A program made the translations under genes and the position numbers. The notes beneath the pieces were generated by a model. It saw nothing but the letters and a program-made list of their open reading frames with translations. It made no database searches and was not told where the DNA came from. From positions 1-45,201 of the forward strand of contig JAPLMG010000015.1 of NCBI GenBank assembly GCA_026387165.1: a stretch of DNA of 45,201 nucleotides, given 5' to 3'. This document shows positions 27,501-39,500 of the stretch, one piece after another; within the stretch, counting starts at the first letter, position 1, and the number at the start of each line of letters is the position of its first letter. The DNA comes from Candidatus Omnitrophota bacterium (GTDB lineage: Bacteria > Omnitrophota > Gorgyraeia > 2-01-FULL-45-10).

Positions 27501-30500
27501 GGCGTCGTCGCCCGGCAGTTCACGAAAGAGAGGATAGATCTCGGCGAATTTGAAAATCATAGAAGCGTTATTATTGACGGGATAACAGACGCTCTTATTG
27601 GTAAGCGTATACATCCCGTGAATTTTGTCATCCTTGTTGATAGAACGCTCGCGCTGAGAGACGCCATAATCAAGGCGGCGGCGGATAAGGAAGTCGACAG
27701 CGAGGTAAGGCCTAAGCTGGAAATGACGAGGGGAGGCTTTGAGATGCTCGCGGTCTTAGATCAGCAGGCGCTGGACATAAACAAGATAATAGGCATAGCC
27801 GATATAGAGGCCCTTGGTATGGGCCGCGGGTCCGCAAAATATACCCTTACCGAAAACGCGGTTAAAGAGCCGGTGAACAGCCTGCGCAGGATGCTCATCA
27901 ATAAGCGCATAGAGACTAAGTATAAGGCGACGAAAGATTTCGTAAAAAACAACCTGCTCAAGGATCTTAAGCGGCCAGAAGATTTTAAGGCTAAGCTGGC
28001 GGCTGATGTAGTGGGTGAAGATCTGGTAGAGACGAAACGCGGCGCAGACGGCAAGGAATATTTTAATGTTAAAAATAACGAAGACGCAAAAAAATTCATA
28101 GATAAGAAGATAGGTGAACAGAGGGGTAAGGAGGACGGAGATCGGGGGAGTTTTTGGCGCGCTTCCTCATACGTAGCAGGCGCCTTCTCTGTCTTTGTAG
28201 CCATCTACGGCATCGGGCTGATAAGGAGAGCTTTACGTAAGCGTGACAAAACCGCCAAAGAGAAGATCGCGGCCGGTGAAGCGGGCGCTCTAGCGCCTCC
28301 GCCTGAGGGCGCGGGCATTGAAGGAGCTTCTCCGGGCGCCGGAGAAGCGTCTCTTTCCACGGCAGAAAGGCGGACGGACAAAGGGCCAGCTCCGAAAAAA
28401 GAGAAGCTGGCAGCCTTGGGAAGATACCTCGTATTTGCATTGAAACTATCGACCACATTCGTTGTGCTATACACCTTTAGCCATGAGTTTAGGATCACCA
28501 TGATATGGTGCGCCTCCAGCGGGATATTCATCGGCGCTCTCGCGATATCCATAATCTTACTATACTCCACGATAAAATTACTCAGCGGCAGATTCCCGTT
28601 ATTCAAGGGAGAGCTCAGGAAGTATGCCGGCCTCCATATAAAAATTGCCAATTTTATAAAATTGCCCTCTACAAAGATCTCGGAAAAGATAAAGGAGATG
28701 GAATCTTACTCCGATTCTTTCAGGGACTCCGCGGGCATATTCGCGCTGAGGCTCCTTAAGGTGCCGGTCGGTCTGGTGACGGGCCTGATCGGGACTGGTG
28801 TAAGGCTCGGTGTTCCGCTCTTTCCCGCGGGCTATTTTATATGGCAGTCGGGCGCGTTCACGCTCTTCGCCGCTAATAACGTAATGATCTTCCTGCTCGT
28901 ATTCATGCTTATTTCCACTGTCGTCAGCAAGGGATGGGACCTGCTGGTGAGCGCATCCAAGCTTGCGTTCATGTATTTAAAAAATTCGGTGTCCGAAGGC
29001 TCCTATACCGCGCCGCAGATGAAAGAGGCACGGCATGCGGCATTGACGGCGTCATTTAATCTGGCCGTAGCGCTGGCGGCCAATATAGGGACGTTAATAT
29101 ACATCTATTTCACGCAAAACTGGTTTGCCTCCATGCCTTGGCTTCTTGCCATAGCGGCGCTGGCATTCACCTACTGTAACTATTGCGTGGCTTATATACT
29201 GGTGTCGGCGTTAGTATACGGCCTAATGGCTGTAATAACGGCCTGCCGCCCCGGCAAAAAGCCGCTGTGGGATATCTCCTCCTATAAGCTGATAGAGAAG
29301 ATCAAGCGCGTTCCGAAGAAATATTTTACCACCGTCTATAATATGGGAGCCATGAAAGTGGACGATGACTTCAGGACAGTCATGGGCACCACTACAAGAT
29401 CTTTTGAGAATAATGTCCACATGACGGAAGTGTCGGGAGAGGGCGTCCCGTACCTGCGCAAAAACAGTTCCGGCAAAAAATTCGCATACGACACCACCGA
29501 CAATCTCTCGATGATGGTAAAGGTTACGTCCGGATATTTTGATAATACAAAGGACAGTTTCGTAAAGACTCTGCGGGATACGCTGAGGCTGAGGAGAGAA
29601 TATGGCAGGGGCAAGGCAGGGATCATCTTTACCAATACGGATGCCGCGAGGGCGGACCTGGCCGGTATGAAGCCACACTGCTACCGGGATGATTTCAAAT
29701 ATTTGCTCGAAGGCTGGAACCACCCGCATGTGTATGTCTCCATATCGGATATCGATGTCGATAACCTGGAGATGATCACGGGAGCCGTGGATACAAGCGG
29801 CAACTTCACGGGAAGGGTCATAGCCACGAAAGATGATGAGTATTTCATAGACAACGCCACAGGCGAAGCCGTTTTGAAAGACGGCAGGATATTAAAGCCG
29901 GGCGAATATATACGCGATGAAAAATTTAATATCATAACAGACTATTTTTTAAGGCCGATAGGCCCGATAGCGAGGAACGACCCGAAGTATAAGGAAAAAT
30001 ACAGCGATGAGAGCAAGTACTACAGGAAGAAGAAGATAGTCAACATAAACGGCGCCGACCTGGATGTCAGGGTGTCGACCGAGACCTATTACGTGGATGC
30101 CGATGATCCGTCCATAAGGTACAGGCTCATAAAGGGAGACCTTTATGATGACCGGACCGGCGTACCGGTCCTGACCAAGGACATGTATGAGAAGAGTCCG
30201 AGGCACGGCTATCTCCTGAATAAACGGACGAAGCAGAGGATCGACAGGGGCCTTGACGGGAAGAGCCTGCCTGAAAGGGTAGTAACGGTGACCGAGCAGA
30301 AGGTCTTCGCCAAGAACGCCGCCCAGAACAGGATCGATATTTATACGCTTACCAAAGACGGGAAATTGCTGGACCCATCGGGCAAGCTTTTTGCCGATAT
30401 AAGGAGCATATCTTCCATAAGAACGCTTTACGAAACTTTCAAGCTCGATAAAGACGGTTCTCTAAAGAAGACATCCGATCCGGATATGGAGATAACGGAC

Positions 30501-33500
30501 AAAGAGGACCCCCTCGCCTCCAATGACGGAAGAAGGTTCGAACTCGACGTATACAGCGTCATATCGAAGGAGCTTCTCGACCAGTTCGTCGACAAGACCG
30601 ACGCGGGCGGTTATGTGACTGAGGCGAGCAAGAATACGGAGAAGATATCGAAAGACGAATGGCGGGTGGACGCCGCATCGGGCGACGCTCTTATGAAAGA
30701 CGGACTCATAGTGGCGAGAAGAGGGACATGGCGAAGAGACAAGGAAGGCAACCTTTATATAGGAGGCATAAGCCAGGAAGATGCCGACATCTTCCTAAAG
30801 GAAGGCAATCTGCTGGACGTGGACTGCCTTAATATCGGCAAGAACGGGCGGGAAGAGACGTACTTTATAAGTACAGATACGGTGCGCGGCATACCCGTTG
30901 CCAGCAGCGCCGGCAAGAAGGATTTCGGCGCGAAGAAAGAGTTCGAGCGGTTCGCGAAGGAAGTGAACGGCGGATATCTCGTGAACGCCGCGGACGGATT
31001 CCGAGTAGTCGACGGGAAGCTCGTGCAGTATCAGAAGGACGGCATAGGATTTGATGAAGAAAAGAAGTATGTGATAGGAGAAAATTTTGAAACGACGGTA
31101 CAGGATTCCGTCGCGGTGGATCCGCTTACGGGAGAGCTCTTCCAATCACAGCGCATAGCCAAGCATGATACATATTGGCATCTGAACGACGAGGAGAAGG
31201 GTCGTAATGTATTCAGGATAAGGAAGATACTGGCAAGGCTCGAGGACGTCTATTTTGACGGGAGTGGTAACGCCAAGAAGAAGGGCGGGCTGGACAAACC
31301 GGTGGAAACGATAGCCGGCGCCGGGACGTTCGTGCTGGATGAGGACGGCAACCTGCGCAGTAAGAATGTAACAGCCGAAGACGCCGCTATAATCCAGCCT
31401 AGTACATTTGAAGCAAAAGATATTACCACCGACCACAAGTCCGGCGACCTGATAGTCAAAAAAAGGATTGCCGGAGCGAATGAATTCGACATAAACGAAA
31501 AAGGCCTGGCGGTGAGGTTGCCTGGCGCGGGCGGCCAGGCGATAGCGAACATAGGCACGTTCTTATTGAAGGCCGATAGGGGTGAGATACTTGACAAAGA
31601 AGGCAGAAAAGTCGAACCGGATTATTCGATACAGCTGGCCGCGCAGATAGACAACAAGAATGAGTATCCCGCCGACCACATAGGCAGGATAATATCCCGC
31701 GCCGTGAATGACATGGAGGGAGAAGAGGAAGTTGGTATGTATCAGCCACTCATAGATTATCCCAATTTCGGGAAGTCTCTTTACAGCAGGTTCCAGGGCT
31801 GGGCGCAGTCGATACTCTCCTATATTAATATGTCCGATTTCGCGGTATTCGGCGAATCATCGGCCGTTGGAAAGATGACTTTCAACATCAACAGGTACAA
31901 TAATGATGTCACCGAAAAGAAGGTTATACCCTATAACGTCAGATCGCACGATTTCTGGGAGGCGATGTTTACCAAGACCGCCAGACTGATGGGGACCGAG
32001 GAAGAGAAGATACGCGTCCTCGAGACGACGCCGTCCAGCTTCTTCGCCCAGGTGATAAGGTCCAAGCGCTGGATAGACGGAGACGTGCTTGCCCTTAAGA
32101 TAGAATACTGGCCCGTCAAAGCGCTCTTTGAGATACTCCGGTTCAGGCCGGTAGACGCTATCGGGACGATAGCAAGAGGACTACACAGAGGCATCACCGG
32201 GAAGACGCACATAAGCGCCGAGTCGAAGATGCATATCGGGGCGATCATAAGGGGGCTGATATCGGAGCCGGTCTTCTTCTTCTGGTTATTTATTCTCGGA
32301 GTCACCGCCACAATAATACCGGGCGTCATGACGGCGTCAGGCCCTATGATCTCATTGTGGGTCCTCTCTACGGTGCTGATCATACTGATAGGCCAGAAGG
32401 CCGTAGTGCCTATCTGGAAAGAGGTATGGGAAAAGAGAGGCTCGCGCGCGTTCAGGGCGCTCGGCGCGGTACTTGGGGCCGGATTCTCCGTCACGGCAAT
32501 TGGCCTGGGAGCGCTGCATTTTATCCCGTATGCCAAGGAGGCCTCTTTCGCGGTCGCGGGCGTCCTCATACTTATAGCCGCCGTCCGTTACGCTAATAAG
32601 ATGATCAGATCGCGCCATCTTATGCGCGGCATCGTGCCCATAGCTGTCCTGGCGGCCGTGATAATTATGGCAGTTTTCCTGTATATCAATCCGCCGTTTG
32701 CTATAGAGCTCGCGCTGACAAAGATGCAATCGGCCGTCTGGATCGTCGATTTCTTCAAATGGATACCTAAGTCCATGCCGTTTATAGTATCCGCGATATT
32801 GATCGTAAAGGCGGTGGGGTGGCGGGCAGACGTCTTAAGCAAGCGGGGTTCGGAACAAGATATTAAAAACGCGGATATATTGAGAATAGTGCCAAGAGCG
32901 TTCTATATCTTTAAGAGAGCGGTCTGGGAGACGATACTTGGCACGGGCATACTCATGGTCCTCATACTTTACAAGCCCAAATATTTATTGGACGGCATAA
33001 AGAAGATATTTGAGGGAGAGAGGTTCGTATGGTTCACCATGATACAGGGTGAACGCATGGTCGCAAAAGGATACAAATTGTCGAGGGCTTATGGCGAATA
33101 CAAATGGGCGCCGATACTGGGCGTCACGATACTTGTCGCGACGATCCTTTACATGACATTGGGCGCCTACTTCCCCGCCTTCAGGATACTCGATCCGGCG
33201 CTCGCGTTCAAAGGATTGCCCATATTCATATTCTCGTGGATATTCGGCCCGGGCATAGCGTGGTATTCGGCGCAGTACGGCGGCAGCGCGGGGCACAGAG
33301 AGCCGGCATTCATGCATTCTGTATCGGAATTCAGATCGTCCCTTAAGGCAAAGCCGCTGGATGCATATGGCGCGATAGAAAAGATACGGGATATCCTCAA
33401 GGATTCCGGGGAGTTTAATATAGATGTTGACAGGTCAAGGATGTACCTGCTTTATCTGACCCAGATAGATTTTAGCCGCGACGAAAGAGGGCTTAAGCTC

Positions 33501-36500
33501 GAAAGCTATTTGAGCAGCGTCCTGAGATCGGCCAACCTTACAGATATGGAGCAGGAATTAAAAGACCAGCTTAAGTGGTGGGAACCGGGATTCGAAAATG
33601 AATGGGACAGCATTACGGAACTATTGAGGGTTTATCTGCTGGATAGAGCGGTAAGGGCGGCGGCGAAAGACGGAAAGGCCGCTGAGCTCGCGTATTTAAT
33701 AGGCCAGATAGATGAAGACCGGCAGAATCTCATAAGGGCCGTCAACGATATCGTAAGGCGTATCAGCCCGAGGAAGATAGGGGAGACGTACTGGGTATAC
33801 GCGTCACTTTCGGAGAAGCAGGATTTTGTCAGGAAAACGGTAGAGTTGCATATAAAGGACGCCGCCAAGCGTGCGGAAGCTATAGGGCATATCAGTAAAT
33901 TGCTCGCGCTTACTCCGGAAGAAGAGGTCAAAAGGCTGATAAAGATGCAGGATTCATTTGATGCCGAGAGGGCCACGGAGCTGCAGAATGCCGTGAAGGA
34001 AGAAGAAGGCAAGGCGCCGGAGAAGAAGAAGGGCATCCCTAACAGAAGAAAAGAGATGTTCAGGGCTACGATAGAGCCTTTTGGCAGGTTGGACGATATT
34101 CGCGTGCTCGGCATCTCCTTCTCATGGGGGCTGTCGCGCAGGCTCAAGGGCATCAGCGGGGAAATATATAGAGAAGGCCTGACCGGCGCGGACAGGATGA
34201 AAGTTATCAGGCGCCACAGGAAGTTCTATGGAAGGCTGCTCGCGCTGGTCGGAGGCGACGCGCGAAACGAAGAACGAACCGAAAAAGAGATGCTCGAATT
34301 ATACGATTATCTCGTCAAGCGCGACGCGTCCATAAGGCTTAAGGCGGACGCGGACGTCATGATAGACAGGCTGAAAAAAGAAGAGGAGAAGTTGAAGGAG
34401 AACGCCTTTAAGCAATTTGTGCTGGAAGAGTGGGATAAAGTTGTCGCCTTTATGAAGGGGCGTTCTGCCATAGAGAGAAGACCGATAAAGAAGGATGAAG
34501 ATGCGAGGAAGGCCTCGCGTGAATTACTGGAAAAATCTATTTCGGAGGCCATCGGCAAGGCGGCTGGGGGCCTGACTGGCGAAGAGCTTACGTCGAAGCG
34601 CGAGTGGACGCTCGATCGGGGCTCGAGGGACCTGGAGGCCGGCGAAGGCGATGGCAAGATAGCCGCGGACGGAGCGCTTGCCAGATTTATGGCCGCGGCG
34701 GGAGAGGATGTCGTCGTCTTCGGCGGAGCGGTAAGGAACGCCATCATGCATAAGGAAGAAGATACCGAGGAGTTCGATATATTTATCAGGGCAGGGGATC
34801 CGACGGATGAGGAGATGAGGGAGATATACAGAAAAAGTAAGGAATATATGAAGGACAGGCGCGCCTTGGATGAGCTGATCTACAGGCTGCAAGCCGACCC
34901 AAGATTCAAGGAGCGCCTTGCTCAGCACCTGAGGAGCGTGACGGTGGATATGTTATACGGAATAAACGGTATAAGAAGAGATAATATGCTGGAAGAGGTC
35001 TTGTACAGATATATTCTATATGAAGCGGTGCGGGACCTGCTTATGAGAAAGGCTATCACAGTTATCGCAGCGGAAGCGGCGGTTCTTGGCTGTGATCCAG
35101 AAGCATTGCAGCAGGGTATGGCAATAGTAGATGGAAAGCTGGTGAGGATAGCCGGGTTTCTGGATGGTTCCGGAGATATATTCGCCATACCGGGCAATGA
35201 AGACGTCTTCTTCGATATACCGGAGCTTACCATGAACAGGCTTGCCGTGGGAAAGAAGGATGGCAATTATACTCTCTATGACCAGTATGGCGGCGAGACT
35301 GATATAAAGAGTAAGGCATTAAGGCTTAACTTTAGTGACGGAGTTAAAGATGAAGCGGGCCTCATGATAATATTCCGCGCGCTCAGATTTATTAAGCAGT
35401 ATGAAGAGGCGGGCTTCAAGCCTGACGGAGCGCTTACGAAATTACTTGAAGAGTTCTTCAAAAAACCGAAAGATTTCGGTATCGACAGCCTGGAAGAGCT
35501 TCTCCTGAAATTATATGAATTCACAGCCGACGCGGAGGAAGCCGATGCGTTACTCGAGAGCGTAGGGGCGCTTAAGTTCATTAAGGATAAAGGCATAGAC
35601 TTAGATGATATCAAAAAGGAAGCTCTGACAGCGCAAGAATTAAGAGAAAAAGAGCTTGCCGTCACGGAATTGAGAGCAGCGGAGCTTGCGGACGAAGAAT
35701 CATCTCAGACTGTAATAGGCTTATTAAGCTGGGTAGGCCTTTTAGCCGTGACAGGCGAGAAGAAGATAGCGATAGCAGCCGGCGCCGCCGCCGGCGTACC
35801 AACTGCCGCAGCCAAGCCGGCAGGCGGATACGCAAAAGGGGGCGCTAAGGCTCCTGCCGCGCCTGCCGGAACAGCGCCCGCGTCAGCCGCAGCCAAGCCT
35901 GCAGGCGGATACGCAAAAGGCGGTAAGGTAGCTCCAGCACAAGCTGCAGGCACAGAAGCCTCCCAAGTTTCGGTGCCGACAGGCAAGTCGCTCTTGAGAG
36001 CCGAGCAAGTCGCGCTCGACATACTCTTAGGCCGCGTCTTGCAGAAACCCGCGGAGAAGCCCGGAACCGAAAAAGCCATAGAGGACGGATATGAGCCCGG
36101 CCCGAAAGCAAAAGCTTTTATGCAGAGGTATCTCGGCAAGGATTACAAGTCAGGTGAGAAGCTATTGGGTCTGGGTTACAGAAAGATGAAGAAATTTAGT
36201 AACGATCTGGATAAGATAATAGAAGACGAGATCGAGAGGCGCGCTATAAAGGACGAAGAAGAGATAAGGTATGTTAAATACATAATAAGCCGCATAGTGA
36301 ACTGGAAACCGGTGTATCTGGGACACAAAGTGCGCAGGGATTTGACCGTCAACGAATATTACATACTGAACTGGCGCGCGCTTGAAATAGCGCTCATGCT
36401 CTTGGACAGGCAGGGCTTTGAGAAGAAGAATAAGGAGCTCGCGGAGGAGAAGAGGCTCGCTAATATGAAGTCGTTATTGACGGGCCATGCCCCCGAAGCG

Positions 36501-39500
36501 AACATAGCCGGCATAGATACTATGGATAAGATAACGCTGATCCTCGGCGACAACGGCAGGATAGGCGATCTTCTATTCATCCAGAGGATGCTCGCCGATA
36601 ATCCGCGCCTTCAGGTCTACGCGATACCCAGGGCAAGGCGCTTTATGGACGCGATTACTAGCGAGGATATCGAGAATCTGTTGTTGGGCAAAGATGAGCT
36701 GCGCAGGTCAATGCTTACCTATATAAAATCGAAGGTAAAGAAGGTTATCGACGCCCTTCCGGACAAAGAAAAAAATGAGAAGAAGAAAAAGGAAGGGCTT
36801 TTAAAGGAACTTGCGGGTATAGACGTATCCATCGACGGATCGTATGCGCAATTGAGAACATTCATAGAAGCCAATATAGATGACAATGAAAAGAAAGACG
36901 TTTTAACTAAAGATCTTAGCGCTCTCCCTGATATCGATCCTCTCAAAGGCCTGCGCGAAGCGTGGTTGATGGGGCGGTTTATCCTCGTGGAGGACGGGCC
37001 TGCCGGTGAGGGCATCGACTTAGAGACCGTCTCGGAAGGCGTCGCGGAGGCGCTGTCCGGCGCCGACCGGGTGATAGCGCCCGGCGCGAATAACGCGGCA
37101 TCGATCGCGGCGAGCCGCCTGCCGACCGCGGCAGCGCGCGAAGAGGCTGTCGAAGTAACGGAGTTCGTGCCGCTGATGTCACGCAAAGAGCGCGTCGCTT
37201 CATGGAGCGAAGGCCAAAAGAGGATCGCCGGGCTTTCGGCGCAGGGCCAGAATTTTGTGGTGGCGCTCTTCGACATAGATCATCTTACCAAGTACCACAC
37301 CGCCTACGGAAGAAATCAGCAGCTTGCCGGAAAGGTCAGGATAGTGATAGCCGATATCATCAAAGATATGGAAAAGAGCCGGCTCTATCCCGGTATAAAA
37401 GTGGAGCAGTTCACTAAAAAAGGAGATGAGTCCGCGCTGATCATCAGCACGACAGACAATTCGCCGCTCGACAGGGCCGTGGCAGCGCGGGTATTGGAGC
37501 ATATAAGGCGGGAAGTCGCAAAGGGCACATTCAGGCGCTTCGGCAAGGCCACCATCACAGGTCTGGCGGGATTAAGCGCGAAGAAGATAAGCCAGATAAA
37601 GAGCGTTCTCGGCGCCAGGTTTGCGGTGAAAAACGGTTCAGCCGATATAATCTTCGATTTAATAAAAGGTGAGAAGCCGGAGGAGGCGTGGAAGAGGCAG
37701 CTTGAAATATGGAATGGCCAGCTTACGGAAAAAGGCCTTAAGATAGGCGGCGACTTTAAGCATATCGTGCCCGCCTTCACCATCTCACTCGGCGCCGCGC
37801 AGAACAACGCTGTTGACGGAGCGATATACAACTTGACCAAAACACTGCAAACCAATGTCGATAAAGCCCAAAGAGATTTTGAAATAGCCAGACAGAAAAT
37901 ATCGGATATTTTAGCAGCGCTTTGCGCGACTCAAGATGAGCGTGAAATGATCAGAGATATAATTTATAGAATAAAAGACGTGGACGATATCGGGTTTTTT
38001 GTACAAAATATCGCGGAAGATAACATCCTTTTTAAGTTAGATGATCTGATTTACAAAATTCGGAATATGTTAGATAGCGAAAGAGTAAGGTGTATTAAAG
38101 CTTTGAGGCGACACTATAAAGAGCGCGAGAGAATGATAATAAATGAGCTAAATAATATAGCGGATAACACGACTACTATAGATGCGCTACAGTCGAATAT
38201 AGATAAAAGCTTTGCGGAGATATCCGGGCTTAAAGTTTCCGAAACTGACAAGCAATTTATTATGGGTATTCTGCGGCAGTTGGGTATCAACGTATCTCAA
38301 AAATATGCTAGAAATAAAAATTTGAATGGTATCCTGAAAGATGAATTGGCCGGCAGCATCGCTAAATTGAAAGAATATTTTAGAGGTAAAAGGCGTAAAG
38401 TAAATGAGGACATAGATAATGTAGATAATGTGCTAAAAGGCGCGACGGATATATCGGATGTTGACGCTACAATAGAAAAAGTTTTTGGTCACTTGGGCGA
38501 TTCAGAATACGGAGCTGCATATAAAAAATTTGTGCGCCAAATGGGCGAACGGATAAGAGAAAGATTCGGGCGCGAAAGAGGCGAAATAGGCCCTTATATA
38601 TCGCCGTCTTTGAGTTCTATGGAAGATATATCCAGGTTAAGGAAGATTTTCGAGAGACATAACGCTGCAGATTTACTTAATGTAGCTGATGATGTTTGGA
38701 AAAATTTTGTTAGCATACGAAAATGTATGGCAGGAATTGTGGATGATGAATATGAACGTAATTTGAAGGGTGCTTTAAACATCTCAGAATTGCGGAGATA
38801 CGCTAACAACACTGTTGTGAGTGTTCACAAAGCACTGCAAGTAGCGGCTAATGACCATGAGGCAACTTTATTAGAGAAAAAATATAGGATCGTAAAAATT
38901 CTAACGCCGTTTATAACTCGAGATAGAAATTTTGCTTTAATAAATGCTGCCCAAAGCCCCGAAGACATTCGTCCTGTACCGATACAAGTTCGCGCCGCTA
39001 AAGCCGCAACTTTGGCTAAAGACAGAGGTAGAAATAAAATTGCGTGGTCTGATGACGTGCGATATCCTCAAGGTGTTGTAGAAACATTCTCGCCGCCTGA
39101 AGTTTTGAGGGAAACGACAGAAGAGATAGCGCTGACGGCAGAAGAGGCCCCGAAAGCTCCGCAGACAACTCAGCCGCCGGCCCAGGCCCCGCCCGAGGCG
39201 TTGTCGATAACTCCGCAAAAAACATTTTTACAAAGAATGTTTTCTTTCCTAAGGAATCCTGCGAATATTTCAATTATTCTGATAGGCGCCGCGCTATTAC
39301 TCATGCCGGGATGCACTTACTATACAGCCGCTTCATCTATGCCGTGGTTTCAAATCGGCGCTTTCGTTGTGCCGTCACTGCTTGCTTTGGGACTTGGCAC
39401 TTTCTATTTATACAGACGAGCGAAAATTAAAAAGTATATGAATGAATTGGAAGACAAGGATTTAAATGTTAATGATAGAGCCGCCAAAGCTCTTATAGCG

